The notes under the pieces were generated by a model. The model made no database searches and was not told the DNA's origin. It saw only the letters and a program-made list of their open reading frames with translations. Position numbers and translations under genes: made by a program. Source: Leidyana gryllorum EB-2025a (taxonomy: Eukaryota > Protista > Apicomplexa). Taken from it: a DNA stretch of 64,000 bases. Where the stretch lies: the NCBI GenBank assembly GCA_048772705.1, contig JBLWGC010000085.1, positions 6,462 through 70,461 of the forward strand. The letters run 5' to 3'. Within the stretch, counting starts at the first letter, position 1. Every line of letters begins with the position of its first letter. Of this stretch, positions 36,942 to 47,388 are shown one piece after another.

Positions 36942-38461
36942 TCATGCGGTGTACAGTCCATCGTAAAAGACGTTGGTAGACTGCTCCACTGCTTGACTGT
37001 ATGCGATCTGTGGCCCAGCATCTTCGAAGAGGTTGGTAGACTGGTCCACTGCTTGACTGCATGCGATTTGTGGCCCAGCATCTTCGAAGCCCATCAGACT
37101 GACTTCGGAGTAGGGATGATATCGTTGCTGGAGATGAACCACCGTCTGCTTGATGGCATTGGTATCAAGTGCGTGTAGATACCCGTTCCTCTCCCATTCA
37201 GCAACAAACTCTACATCAGAGCAAAGCGCTTTGCTCTTCTCGTCTGGAAGGAGTTTTACATCCCGCTCAGCCAGCCAGGCGATGGCGTCGACAATCTGTA
37301 CACCTTCTTGCAAAGTCAAAGGTCGAAGTTCGACATATTCGAAGACACCGGATGCGAGCATTTGCGATTGCGAGTGTGGGGACGTTTCCATCTCCTGCAC
37401 GATAATCTTTGCCGTTGGAGTGTGTCCAACGAGATGTAAAATGAACTGCAGAGGAACTTTGACAGGTTTGCGATTGAGACCATAGATCGATGAGGGCACA
37501 TCAGTCGGCGGCCCACAACTGTCCACGGGTTGCCACACCGAATGAATGCTTCTCGCAGTCTGCTGTGAGTGCAGGATGCTCTCCGTTGAGTCGGTGATAC
37601 CTGCTGGTCCTGCGCGGTAACGGCACCTGACGCCGGCTTCACCAGTCTGCTCTTTCGTCCGATCGCCTCTCAGCTGTACCTTTGACCGGCTTGTCCTTTC
37701 ACGAGACTTGCCATCCCCATCAGAGTGGGACTCGAGGGGGTTGCGGGTTGTCGTCGTGCTCCGCGTGTCATTACGAAACCTCTCTCCAGGATCAGTGATA
37801 TTTGAGGAATTCGAGTCAGTGGCGCGATGTTCGACGGTTGTCTCACAATGCAGCGGGTGAGACAATTTGGATACGTTCCTCTCATTACAAAACACGGAAT
37901 AACTGCCGCCAGCAGCGGAAGATTCTTCAATCAGACCCCATCTTCCATTTTGCATTGTAAGTGTTCCCTTTCGTGCGATGTCTACCTTCCCCCTTGTCTG
38001 CTTTCCAACGCTTTTCTCATCCAAGGTGCCTTCGAACGCCTGTCAGTGGACAGAGAATGAGAAGCAAGTCGTATATTCGCACATCCCTACCTCACTGCTC
38101 ACACCCCAGCGGACCATTTGCGGCGGGATGGATTGGCTGGGCCCTCCGGGAGTGCTTTAGATCTATCTTCACGGCTTCCGCTTCCCAACTCCTCTCCAGT
38201 GACGCGCCGATCGGCAAGGGGCGCCTTGAGCTTCGTAGTGTAACTCAGCCATCCAGGTGGGTAGGCGGCTGCCCTGACGGAGGTGGAGGCGGTAGTCCGC
38301 ATTGAACTCTCTGATACATGGCTTTCCTTCTCCACCGTATATGTGACCGACGATTGCTCCGAGAGGACTTGGGCTGTCAAGACGGGCAAATGGCAGATGA
38401 CTGAGAGGCCATCGATGTCATCGTAATACTTTAGCGATCCCACGCGGACAGTGGGTGCCAT
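36942..38461 (-). pseudogene. Superfamily C (LTAQV type), apparently frameshifted in exon 1
   Basis: MAPTVRVGS...HLPVLTAQV leader. The intron gtaggg...tgacag joins the 36942 ORF only from a frame different from the leader ORF. Shared domain QSQMLASG..RPLT..W..YHPYS. A 2 x 60-bp repeat at 36970-37090. Confidence 0.6.
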
Positions 38462-39346
38462 TCCTGTCGACAGTCTCTATTCCACGAGAACTCCAAAATT
38501 AGCCGATCGGACAAAACAGTTGCCCGACATTGTCGCTTCACCTCCATGAAGGATATCTGCTAAAGAGTTCCGACTACGGGTTTCGTCCAGGGTGATACGG
38601 GGTAGGCAGATGTTGGAAAAGGCCTGATAGGGACAAAACGCCTAGGATGAGATCAGGAACAGCAGTTCGTCGCGTACCTCGAAGCTCACTCGTCCTCTTC
38701 GTTGCGGGGTAGCTGTGCCGGCGCGTTGATTGAGCTCAGGACTTAATGTGTTCTGACTGTGGCAGTGACTTTTCACCGGTTACAATGTTGGTCTCTAGTG
38801 TCCTCTTCCCCCTCTACTCTAGGAAACGATTTAAATCACCTCGGCAGACGCCGTCTCCTGAGGGCACAGTCCGCCAGCCTGCGGGCCCGTCGTGATGCGC
38901 ACTATCACTCGATGAGTGTGAGTGCAAGGACTCGATGTCAGCTCTATGGGTCAAATGTAAAAGCCGAAGGGTATTTGTTGCTACTCTCTGGTTTCTATGT
39001 TTCAGCTCGCTCGATGACGGAAGACAGGATAGAGAGGCAGTCGATTGCTCTCACTGTTGACGGGTCGCGGTGAGAATGACTAACATGCGGAACGTAGATT
39101 ATGTGACGGAACTAAGGTACAAGTGTGTTCCTATTGATATTCAAAAGGGTTAACATCACCAGCTCGACGGTTTTGGTCAGGTTCTGATGTGGACCTCTCC
39201 TAAGTCGTGGAAAGACTTCGGTTGCGTGGTATCTCAAGTACTTCTAGCTAAATACATCTCGCCCTGAGACCAAAATCCACGAGTATCCGGCAACCAGACA
39301 CTCATTGTCGGAGAGATCGAACTTTTCTGGACGCTTTCCAGACTGA

Positions 39347-39580
39347 CGTCCAGGCGACATGACGAGCGCAGAGGAACCCCAGAGTGCGTGTTCCTGTTTT
39401 CGTAGACCATGGATCATAAACGATATAGCTGGACTGAATAGCGCCGTTTCACCTCATTCCCCTCCGGCTCAACTCATTTTGATGGTCTGTGAGCCGTCCA
39501 GGCGACATGACGAGCACAGAGGAACCCTACCGTGCGTAAACCTTTTTTCGTGGACCATAGACCCGTTTACCCTCATTTCC
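39347..39580. repeat. Local ~148-bp direct duplication upstream of U2 copy 1; third copy at ~42889-42960
   Basis: cgtccaggcgacatgacgagc.cagaggaaccc at 39347 and 39495; tccaggcgggatgacgaccatagagggaccctactgtgcgta at 42889. Confidence 0.75.
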
Positions 39581-39611
39581 CCCCCCCTCCCCCTCCCTGG
39601 GACTCGTCTCA

Positions 39612-39626
39612 GTGTGTCGCACACAC
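39612..39626 (+). promoter_or_regulatory. Candidate snRNA upstream promoter element TGTGTCGCACAC (copy 1)
   Basis: The same 12-mer lies 39-40 nt (measured from its central TCG) upstream of all three U2 genes, while the intervening spacer is unrelated. Confidence 0.7.
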
Positions 39627-39656
39627 CGAACTCGCTGGCCAGATTTCTACCGAAAA

Positions 39657-39837
39657 ACTCAATCTCGGCCTTCCAGCTCAGATCAATTGTATTTAAAAGT
39701 TCTTTCCTTGGTTATTTGAGGAAGGGGACATATGTCTCCGACTACTAACCAATATTTATGTCTTGGATCGCAGCTCTGATTCGCAGCAAGCCGTGAGAAG
39801 AGTCCCTGAACTTGCACTTTATCAGGAGGCTCTACCC
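39657..39837 (+). ncRNA. U2: U2 snRNA, divergent (copy 1)
   Basis: CUCGGCCUU..GCUCAGAUCAA..GUA..GUUCUU 5' domain. Stem IIa UUCCUU/GAGGAA; IIb GGGGAC/GUCUCC; IIc GGUUA/UAACC. Sm-like AAUAUUUAUG. Stem III. Stem IV CCUGA-ACUUGCACUUUA-UCAGG. Confidence 0.85.
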
Positions 39838-40117
39838 TGCCAATTGCGGCGACAAAGTATGGTGCATAGTGTCCCCGGCTATGTTAGGGACGGACGTCGG
39901 CCGGCAGATGTTTTCGAGTGCCAGGCGGCCTCGCAGCCACCTGCGTGCAGCCCCTCCGGCCGACAAACCTCCCTAGCTTACTGTGCCTGTTTGACCACAT
40001 AGCCTCTGATTCGTCGGTTGATCGGGCTGGGGGGGATCGTCGGCTGCAGGGGCTTCTGCAGCCGACGATCGAGCAACCACCGGTGTGGAACCGTGGATCC
40101 CGAGAAGTGCGGCCTTG

Positions 40118-40450
40118 TGATCTGTAATAGACACACAGACACAACCCAGCTGCATCGCCCATTGGGACGATGGCGCACACAACTACAAAAGCACAGATAG
40201 AATAGAAAGAATAGACAGAGCGAGAGATGCGTGACTCTAATCAGTGACTATAGATCAACAAAACTACAACTCATCTACTACAACTTCTACTACTCATCAT
40301 ACCCGTTATAACCCGATCACAGAGCCTACGCCTACAAAGGCGATCCTCCAAGGAACCAGACATGTCGGAACAAGTTGAAGAGGTCACGCCAATCCAACAC
40401 CCCGTCACCACCGATCCAAACCCCTCCCAGGACCCCGCAAACTCCAATCA
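40118..40450 (+). mobile_element. 333-bp dispersed element, TGAT...ATCA ends (solo-LTR/pLTR-like)
   Basis: Near-identical to 29362-29695 with the same ends; flanks unrelated. Confidence 0.7.
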
Positions 40451-40875
40451 CGCGTTGTTGAGGTGTCTTCCAATAATTAGGCAAAGGTTCAGAGCACATG
40501 CGCACACATTTGGCCATCCAACTGGGGAAAAAAATCGAGACCGCACATACATTCACTTGATGGAGGCGTTTTCGCTGTTACTTCGCCTACGAATACAAAC
40601 TGCTCATTCACGTACAGTACTACAGTACGCAACGCTTCTTCATGATGCAAGCCTTTGATGATAGTGTTGCATAGTTTGATTACTTTAGAATGCACCAGCA
40701 TAAAGGAGCGTCTGCTCCTCAGCACCTCTTTCTAGTTTTAAGTGTATCTATCCAATGTCTCTATCGTACCAGTCTTCCCTCGCTCCGGCCAAGAATAGCT
40801 TCACCAAACTCTTGATTGAGAGGGATTTATTCAATGTTGGGACGGTCTGTCACCAGGTTGCTTCTGATCAGACTC

Positions 40876-41820
40876 TCACTGCGCATCAGACTCTTCCTGC
40901 TGATCAGTCTCTCCCCGTTGAAGACCGCTGAAGAGCTTCAGTAGTTGTTCGGTATTTGGACGAGAGTAGGGGAAAGCTCGTGTGATATGGAAGTAAGCGG
41001 CCTGGGCTATTTTTCGAGCCGTTGGCCCTTCGGGACCCGCTGCCGCCTCTTCGGCTGCGGGACCGGACTTAGCAGTGGACATTTCGGCGGCTGACGAGCT
41101 ATCACCTTCCGATTCAGGAGCCGAGTTCGAATCAGAATCGTTGACCAAACCTTGTGTGGAGACCTGGGAGTTGGGGTGGTAGCGAGCTTGGAGTGCCCAC
41201 ACTATTCCATCCGCCTCCGCTCCCATGAACCCATAAATATCTGTTGCTGGACGGACCTCTGTCATGAAGTCGTTCTCGTTTGCGGTTTCAGCATCGGTAC
41301 GGCCTGGACAAAGCCTCACCTCATGAGACCCCAGCCATTCAATGACACTAACAAGTCTCTGAGCCTCGTACACGCTCAAAGGTACCGTTGCAGCAAATTG
41401 AAAGAGGGCTGCTGAAAGCACCACCGACTGTTGGTCTGGGAAGTCTTGCAGCAATCCCCTAACTGCGGCGGATTCTGAAGACGCTGATAGGACTTGTTCG
41501 AGGTACCTCAGACATTGGGCGCTTTGCTTGGTCTCGGGGAAAAGCTGGCTCTCGTCCACGCCTGCACGGCCGAACCATCGGGGTATTAACCAAGCAAGCG
41601 CACGGAATATCGACCAACTACCGGCTTGTTGGTCTCCACCCGCATGGGGTCCGTCCGGTCGACGGGGGGGTTCTTCACCCTCACCGTGTGATTGTGAAGC
41701 CGGGGCGCTGCCTGTTGAGCTTCCCAAAACCTGGGCTGTCAAAAGTGTCAAGTGTTGCAGGGCTTTGCGCTCATAAACGTCACCACAAGCGACAGCCGGA
41801 ACGCGAAGGCTGCACGTCAT
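40876..41820 (-). CDS. Superfamily C (LTAQV type), compact single-ORF member
   Basis: MTCSLRVP...HLTLLTAQV leader; QQSVVLSAAL..VPLS..W..LQARYHPNSQVS domain. Confidence 0.75.
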   Translation of the reverse strand: MTCSLRVPAVACGDVYERKALQHLTLLTAQVLGSSTGSAPASQSHGEGEEPPRRPDGPHAGGDQQAGSWSIFRALAWLIPRWFGRAGVDESQLFPETKQSAQCLRYLEQVLSASSESAAVRGLLQDFPDQQSVVLSAALFQFAATVPLSVYEAQRLVSVIEWLGSHEVRLCPGRTDAETANENDFMTEVRPATDIYGFMGAEADGIVWALQARYHPNSQVSTQGLVNDSDSNSAPESEGDSSSAAEMSTAKSGPAAEEAAAGPEGPTARKIAQAAYFHITRAFPYSRPNTEQLLKLFSGLQRGETDQQEESDAQ

Positions 41821-42414
41821 TCTTCTGCTAAACTAACGTTGATCAAAATACAACACGAAAATTTGAGGCTCTGCCGAACATAAGACACAACACTAATCGC
41901 GCGACATGACGAAAACCAGATACAGTCTTTGGACCAGACCGACTCCGCTCCATCAAACAGGGATTGAACCAATGCAGTTCGTGTACAACCACCACGTAAC
42001 CCGACACATGTTTTGAGCACAACTGTCAAAAGAGGCGAAAGAACTTGGCACGATGCGGCCAACGGTGGGCAGATTTGCGTGTCATTAGATACGTATGAAG
42101 GAGACTGATATCCCTCCTTCTTGGAGCAGTCAGCACTAAACGGTCGTGCAAAAACCCCACATGTCGCTTTCATAGCGGTCAACTCATACTTAGCTCATAG
42201 TTAGCGACACCTCCACCTTGTCATGAGTATGTAAACCGAACAAGAGTATTGTACCCGTGCTCAAGCAAACATCCAACTGTACACACACCAAAAGCACATT
42301 GCCTCAGCATCGCTGCACACACCCACAGCGAATTCGTCGGCAGTGCGGAGTTGACGACGACCCTTTTTTCTTCGGCAAGAATTTTGAAGTGCGAATTGAT
42401 TGGGACCAGCCACA

Positions 42415-42427
42415 TGTGTCGCACACA
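42415..42427 (+). promoter_or_regulatory. Candidate snRNA upstream element TGTGTCGCACAC (copy 2)
   Basis: Fixed spacing to U2 copy 2. Confidence 0.7.
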
Positions 42428-42457
42428 TGGTATTCTAATTGAAATTGAATTACAGAA

Positions 42458-42648
42458 GCTCAATCTCGGCCTTCCAGCTCAGATCAATTGTATTTTAAAG
42501 TTCTTTCCTTGGTAATGCATGGAAGGAGACGAATGACTCCATCTTTTACCAATATTTGTTAATTGGATCACCAGCCATGATGGTGGATTGTCCCTATCTT
42601 GCTGTGTGGGGAGCCTTTGAGCCAACACTATCTCCAACGGCTCCGTCC
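42458..42648 (+). ncRNA. U2: U2 snRNA, divergent (copy 2)
   Basis: Same 5' domain. IIc GGUAA/UUACC (compensatory relative to copy 1). Sm-like AAUAUUUG. Stem III CAGC..GAUGG/CUAUC..GCUG. Stem IV GGAGCC/GGCUCC, loop degenerate (CCAACACUAU). Confidence 0.8.
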
Positions 42649-43716
42649 TGTCCATTTGGACGACAATTGTTGTGCACAATAATTCTTTACTGAGACACAA
42701 GCTATAATCTTTGGTACCATCTTCTTGATCGACTGCATGGCTGGCTGCCTCTGCTCCGCCAACCTGGGCTGATAAAAGGAAAAGGCATGATTGAGACATG
42801 ATCGGACCTAGACAGGAAGCACAGAGGAGACGGTCTCTCCAATGACTAAACGCACACGGTGACGTACGTGTCTCCCGAAACCAAAAGTTCCAGGCGGGAT
42901 GACGACCATAGAGGGACCCTACTGTGCGTACTCTTTCTTTTGGAGAAGATAGACCATAGGCTGCTAAGCTGGGTCTACGTCGGCTTGGGGAGCCATTTAA
43001 AGATCTACAAAAGCAGGCATTCGTTTCCTTTCCTTTAATGTGACACAGTCCTATCACTAGAATGCTGCTAAACAACTAGTAATCACATCACAGTGGCAGA
43101 TCCCCTCCACACCTACTTAGGCTGTGACATACTCGCACTACGAGGAATATAGCAGGTTTGTCATTGGTGGGCACGAAGTATTACTTTCGTTCTCCATTGC
43201 CCAATGAAGTGCAGCAAACTCCTGAGCGTAATGAGCACAAATCAGGCATTTGAGTCAGTGATCTTCGAGGAGCAGCGAGAGTACCGACGTTGTTCACAAG
43301 CCGTTGGATGGGCTGATGGTTGTGTGGTGCCTCCTCTCCATATTTGTACCCGACCATCCCAGGAGAGAGGGTTGTTGCTCAATGCAGACCGTTGTCTAGG
43401 GAGAGGTAATTTCTCTCTTTTCGCTCATCACTCTACCGCCCTCGTGGACTTACAAATCCGAGGAGATATTCTCTCCTCTTGTCCAGATGCCCTGACTGCG
43501 ATTGGGAGATATAAGATAGCAGCACTTTCGATTACCGACGCCCAGTTCACGAGCTCTAAGTGAAGTCCCTGGAGCTGCTCATTGCACTCGGAGCGATATG
43601 CTAGTTGGGCGCGGCTTGTGCTGGCGCAGGGGTCCGCTCCGTAACGAGCCTGGGGGCGATAGACATTGACCTTGCCAAAGTGCAATCGACAGTGCTGCGC
43701 TCACAGCTCGTGTGAA

Positions 43717-45149
43717 TCAGGACAAGAGCCTGGAGAGGGCTGATGCAGTTGTGGACACCAGAGAAACAGCTGCCGAGGCCGCTCCTGTAGATGATGCGGT
43801 TGCTGCTGCTGAGGCCTCTTTCGTTCGACACTTCGAAACAACCGCATCCACAAGCTCTCTGTGGAATATGAATTCTGCCGAAAATATCTCCTTCAAGTCC
43901 TGCAAGACTAGGATAGTGTCCTTCGCAGTCTCAGCCCACAATACGTCAGACCCTGAGCGATTGTCGCAAGTTCCACGTACGAGGATAGACAATGGAGCTT
44001 CTGCACTGGTGCTTTCTCCATCCAATGGCTCCATTGAGGTATTTACGACACCTTCCGAGGGCAGCGTGTCCGTTCTCGACAATCAATCTGCTGTCACGTT
44101 TCCCTTCTCACGAAAAGTGTACTGCGTAAAGTGAACGGCTCTTTCTGAAAGCATTTCCACACATCGTATGGCCTGGATATCGACACTGTCAGCCTTCTTG
44201 ACGAGAGACGCTGGGTGTGTCTTGTTTGGTTGACTTTCTGTCGCTTTTGCCCGGGCGGCTGCCTCTTCCGCTGCCTCCTGTCCGTTCAGGTGCGAAGCCA
44301 TATGTGGAGAGTGGCCGTTACACTCGCTGTCTCAGCAGATAGGCCTGCTCGCTCTTTACCCCAGGGGTTTGCCCGCGGTGTTTCCCCCCGCGCCCGTGTC
44401 AACCCCTACAGAGCGCCTTCCGAGGTGCCGTTTCTCGCGCCCGACATCTCTTCAGCGGGCAGCTTGGACGCCGTCTCGCCTCCCGCATCTCTGCCATCTG
44501 CAGGGGGGCGTTTGTTGTGCGTACTGGTGGTGCCTTTCGGATTGCTCGCTTTCGCAGGGATGTTGGACGCCGTCTCCCCCCTCGGGCCTTTGTCGTCTGC
44601 ACCGCACTGCTCATTAATCCTCGCCTCCAACCCTCTATGATACGCGTTTTTCGTTCCATTCTCCGGTATCTTTCACTTTGCTGGTTAACGTTCCACTCGC
44701 ACGTGCCGGCGTGTCCAGCTGTGAGGCCACTAGATTGAGCACCGCCTGTGGACGTCGAGTAGGTTCCGTCACTCCCATTTCCCCCAATCCGTGATTGAAG
44801 AGGCCTTTCAAGGTTTGGACGAGTCGGGGGGGGGGCTGGTGCAGTCGAGTTGCTTCTGGCGTTATGCGCTGCCTTCCTCCATTCTCCTGAGCTCTCACCC
44901 GCTGGAGGTTGTTAGAGGAGTCCTCGCTTTCGGCCCCGAAAAAAATGACATCGTATTTACTCCCCTGACGGGCGTCGGGGAGCACGTGCCCGCAAACGCC
45001 ACTGTTGTGTGTGACGTTGTGGTACCCGATGGGGGTCACAGGTGCGATGGGCACTCCGAAGTTACCAGCAGCCACCAAAGTCGTCAACAATGCGTCATCA
45101 AATTCGTTGCCTGGCCATTCTGGGGGGGCCAACGGACGCTTGCAGTCAT
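43717..45149 (-). pseudogene. Superfamily C (DDALLTTLVAAGNF type), frameshifted leader and internally deleted core
   Basis: MTASVRWPPQNG is followed by a 1-nt loss relative to the 50966 copy. KGNVTAD*...LPSEGVVNTSMEPLDG lacks most of the core domain. Tail ASALSRLLS*. Confidence 0.7.
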
Positions 45150-45304
45150 CGCTCAAGTCTAATTGAGGGGAATTGGCACTCGATGCGATCTAAGTCAAAG
45201 GACCAGAAAAGGTGTTCGGAGAATTTTGCGACAATCGATGTGATTCTGGTTTGTGAACCGTTACTGTCCTGTCTAGTTGGCGCGAGCAGAGGTGAGTGCG
45301 TCAT

Positions 45305-46680
45305 TTGTTTTTTCGTTAGTTTGATCTGTTTGGTGCGTTGGCATAGTACTTGGCATCATCTAACTGTTGTTTTTGGTAGTAGATGTTCAATCACTAAATC
45401 GGTAAAAACACGTGTGTGTCAAAGTGTGTCTGGTACGGCCGGGCACGAGGTGCTTTACTACGACTAAGCTGCTGTTGACAGAGTTAACAGATGCCTTTGC
45501 ACCTCATGTCCCAAAAGAATTCAGAGTAACTACTTAATGAACGGTGCACCTAAGCAGGCAGTCATATGTCTCATCGGGTAGTGCCGGTCGTAAGCAGCGT
45601 GGAACACTGCCTGGTTCGGTGTCCATAAGCTATTCCTTGGGTCCTTAAGATGTCGCCCTTACTGCTGGTAGTGTCAATCAGAAATCAGAAACAGACACAA
45701 CATCATGTTTTGAATCTGATCCAAAAAATGATGTTGTGTCTATTTCTGATTGACACTACCAGCAGTAGGAGCGACGTCTTAAGGACCCAATAAATAGTTC
45801 ATGGACACCGGATCAGGCAGTTTAGCCACAGTAAAGCACCCCTGTGCCCGGGGAGACACACTACTTCTACACCCACGCGTTTTTACATAATTGTGTAGGT
45901 CGGCGAAACCCGCAAGGGTGAGCCCGACCATTACCGTAGGTTTTTCGGGGGCTCTTAGGGGGCACCAGAAACGACCTTTTAGTGAATTAGTGATTTGATT
46001 AGAACCTTTAACCTGATTATCTCGCTTACCTTAGGATTAGTAGTAGCCTCATTCGTTAGCAGCCAGGTTTTGGGCAAACCCCCCCTATGTGTAACATTCC
46101 AAACTTATACTTCTCCGAGTACTCCCTCACCTAACTTACAAATCGCTAAGTCGACGCCTCACATGCCAACAGACAAACAATCTAAACAGTATCATTCACA
46201 CATAACAACTTCCCAACTTGCTCCATATCCACTTAAGCAAACTGAGCATATTACACATCACAGCATACTTACCCAAATGGTACTCATACACTCACGCAAT
46301 CATGCATCTGCAGCTCATATACTCTCACAACTCAATACATAACAAGCAAGATACCTGTCAACATGCTCAGTAACGAAACTACATCATCACAGTCTTTTCT
46401 TAGCACAATACACACCACATCAGATTTCCCTTTTGCCTAATACAGCAACCGCAACGTGTATGCAATGGAAAGGTAAACACTCGCGACCACGCACACACAG
46501 TACGATGCAGCTTCAACCACACACGTAAACCACATAGCTCGACTGCAAACAACAGTACCAGTAGCCATCGAAGCCGACCGAAACGGCCAATCAAAGGTTA
46601 CAGCCAAACTAGTCAGTGATTGAACATCCACGAACTGAAAACAACAACTAGATGCACCCAGCTAGACTAACAAAAACCAG
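45305..46680. repeat. Non-coding nested inverted-repeat (fold-back) region
   Basis: Hairpin 45606-45821. Arms 45402-45458 / 45831-45886. Outer arms ~45305-45395 / ~46615-46680. GNRA hairpin 45898-45929. Confidence 0.75.
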
Positions 46681-47388
46681 CCGACGTTCCCACCTGCGCT
46701 TCCTCTGATGACCGTTGTGGATGAAAGGAGTTGACGGTTAAGACACACCTACACAGACAGTGTGAGGCACCCGGCCCCATTCGTCCGATCATTTCCGGTG
46801 CGATGTCTTGGTGAATGCGAAGGCCGCGAAAAGTCTGGCTATGCTCAGCCCCCTGGCTCCCCATAGTCAGGGGTACACACTCAGGCAGAACGGAGTGGTG
46901 GTGGGCGGCTAGCGTCCACCTTGGAGTCCCTCATCTGCTTCTCGAGTTCAGTTGGTGGTGGCAAAGGCGGACGCAGTGCACCGTCCCAACCACAGTCGCG
47001 ATGATAATCATCTCGTATTGGACACTTTTGCTCTATCGCAGTCCCTGGAAGAAGGCTAATTGATTATGGCTAATTCCTTCACTGGGTTCGTGGATTTTGC
47101 CACTTGCGGCTGACAGTTTCTCTTTCGTATGATGACCACGACAGAAATCGGACGACATATGGTCGGCACCTTCGTTGCACCACCAATCACTTTTCACAAA
47201 TGTTAGTGTAAATTCCATAGGGTGATTCCGTGTGTTGAATGCACAATCTAAGCGTCAGAGGGAAGTCCCGCTACAAACAGCCGTTGGCAGGAGCCGTTGG
47301 GGCGAGAGACAATGCCTTTCCGTACTCGGTGTCAGAGGGGTAAGAAAGGACTTGGCGATGGGCTGTCCTGGAGCCAGAATCTTTGTGG

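Noticed and set aside
45898-45929. SRP RNA or ribozyme assignment for the GCAA hairpin
   Set aside because: No SRP helix-8 internal loop and no hammerhead or HDV core recognisable; kept only as an unexplained hairpin.
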